Assembly: GCA_030704615.1 (NCBI GenBank) | Contig: CM060734.1 | Coordinates: 27,714,001 to 27,778,000, forward strand | DNA from: Takakia lepidozioides | Taxonomy: Eukaryota > Plantae > Bryophyta | Direction of reading: 5' to 3' | Length of the DNA: 64,000 nucleotides | Shown here: one piece after another, positions 62,513-64,000 of the stretch | Layout of the letters: each line of letters opens with the position of its first letter | Numbering within the stretch: the first letter of the stretch is position 1 | Notes under the pieces: model-generated | The model's input: only the letters and a program-made list of their open reading frames with translations | What the model was told of the DNA's origin: nothing | The model's database searches: none | Program-made: the position numbers and the translations under genes

Positions 62513-64000
62513 ATGGCTCTCACAGGTGAGTTAGTAAAATTCTACTGTGCTTACAAATCGCTCCCCCTCACCAAAGTGCCAGACGCCAATGGGATGGCAA
62601 CCGTGGGAGAGGATGTCCTCTGTAGAAGCTTGGATCTACAAGTTGGAACTGTGCATGTGGAGAAAGAAGTGCACGACTCCGTCGGTAGGGTCGACAGTAT
62701 GATGATTCTGGAGCCATTTGTGTGCGATGACCGTATTAGACAATGGAGAGTTCCAGTGGGCACTTACCGCGTGCACGGGGATCAACGACGTTCGTCTGCA
62801 GGTTCAACACTCACACCAGGAACTGCCACTTTGGTGGCTCCGGCCTTCACACGTGCTATAATTAAAAAAGAGGACACCAGCACTTCGACGGCTTTTGTCG
62901 ATCTCTTGGAAAGCTTGACGACGACATCTCTGAGATTCCACCACCTCCAACACACCTATCTTCTGTCGAAGAACCAGATGTGCAGGAGATAGGCAGTGTC
63001 GTTCCAAAGTTGCAGTCTATGAAAGGCTTGCCAAATTGCAGAAGTGACATGCATGGAATTGCATGGGGGACAATAAATATTGTAAGAGCAAAATACCTTC
63101 CCGCATAATTTGATGGAGATGTGGTTTTTGAGCTGCCACCTCTGACGTCCTGTGGAGGTTTGGCGGGACTCATGCAAGGGATGGACAAGAAGCACGACGG
63201 ACACCCTTGGTGTCGAACTAAGACAACCAACATACATAACCCTCATGGCTTGTCTTTCCGTAGATCAGTCTGCGTTGGGCACCTCCGTTGTGGAAATGAA
63301 GCCTGCAACTGCCTATCATTGAGAGGCTCCCCAAACGAGACGGAGTGGGAGGGTTGCGTGGATAACCCGTTCGAGGTGGGGTGCCCACCTCCTAAAAACA
63401 TGACCTTGCTCTGCAAATATTGCAAAACGGCCCCAACATGCATTGGCATATGCAAGGCCCGCATGTACTACGTGCTCCATCGTTTTCGCGGCCTTACCTA
63501 AGCTTGTGTTCATCTCGGCAATCATACCCACCCCGTATCGAAAGGGGATTGTTGGGAAAGTCTTGAAACAATTTGGGGACTTCTACGGCATGAGGTGGAG
63601 AATGCTCCTTATGCACCACCATCTGCAATTGCACTTTCTGCAAGCAAGAGCCTCTTGCAAAAACACATTCTAGGAGGAGCGGAAGAGTACATTGAGAAAT
63701 TGGACAGCGAAAAACTAGACGTCGTTATGGACTATTTCTCGACCCTTAGTTCACCCAATGTACGCAACCAGATCAATGCACTCAGAATGGGAACAAGGAG
63801 CACAGGTTATGTGGATAGCATCCTGGAATTGAAGCGGAGAAGCATGTACGGCTTCATTCAAGATAATGTCTTTCCTGGTCAGGGGTCGTTGAAAGTGTTC
63901 TTATTCAAGATGTCCACAGTTGTGGAGGGAAGTGGAGTTAGCTTGGTCCGCAGAATGCAGCCCGGTGGCGATCTCCAGAAATGTTGGCTCGTATTTGATC
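62513..64000 (+). pseudogene. Second GCM-like zinc finger MULE transposase, running off the window end
   Basis: FELPP..GMDKKHDGHPWCRTKTTNI..SVCVGHLRCGNEAC..CKYCKTAPTCIGICKARMYYV..*ACVHLGNHTHP..FPGQGS..VFLFKMST..CWLVFD is colinear with 34734-36570; in-frame stops at ~63105 and 63499. Confidence 0.82.

Overview
This is transposon-rich nuclear DNA from a land plant, probably a non-seed plant (inferred from PLS-type PPR relics, spliceosomal introns and the retroelement lineages). The only clearly intact host gene is an intronless plastid triosephosphate isomerase (14251-15225, -). The rest is a nest of decayed Ty3/Gypsy elements (non-chromovirus and chromovirus), L1-type LINE fragments, two copies of a tRNA-derived T-tailed SINE (both with target-site duplications), CACTA remnants, a MITE, tandem arrays, and PPR and B3 gene fragments. 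The most striking structure is in the right half. Two related Mutator-like (MULE) transposase genes with a GCM/WRKY-like zinc finger (34734-36570; 62513->64000) each lie beside a spliced gene fusing a ParB/Srx-like N-terminal domain to a prokaryote-like beta-class amino (N6-A/N4-C) DNA methyltransferase fold. This gene occurs in three copies (38985-44565 +, 52635-56231 +, 57011-61930 -). Introns and spacers of each element family carry about 20-30 copies of its own palindrome (TAGTCGG-nn-CCGACTA versus AACCTTGCGTYRACGCAAGGTT). My hypothesis is a transposon-borne ParB/parS-like DNA-marking or anti-silencing module. All copies here are pseudogenised. Coordinates, copy counts and identities were read by eye; no database search was run.
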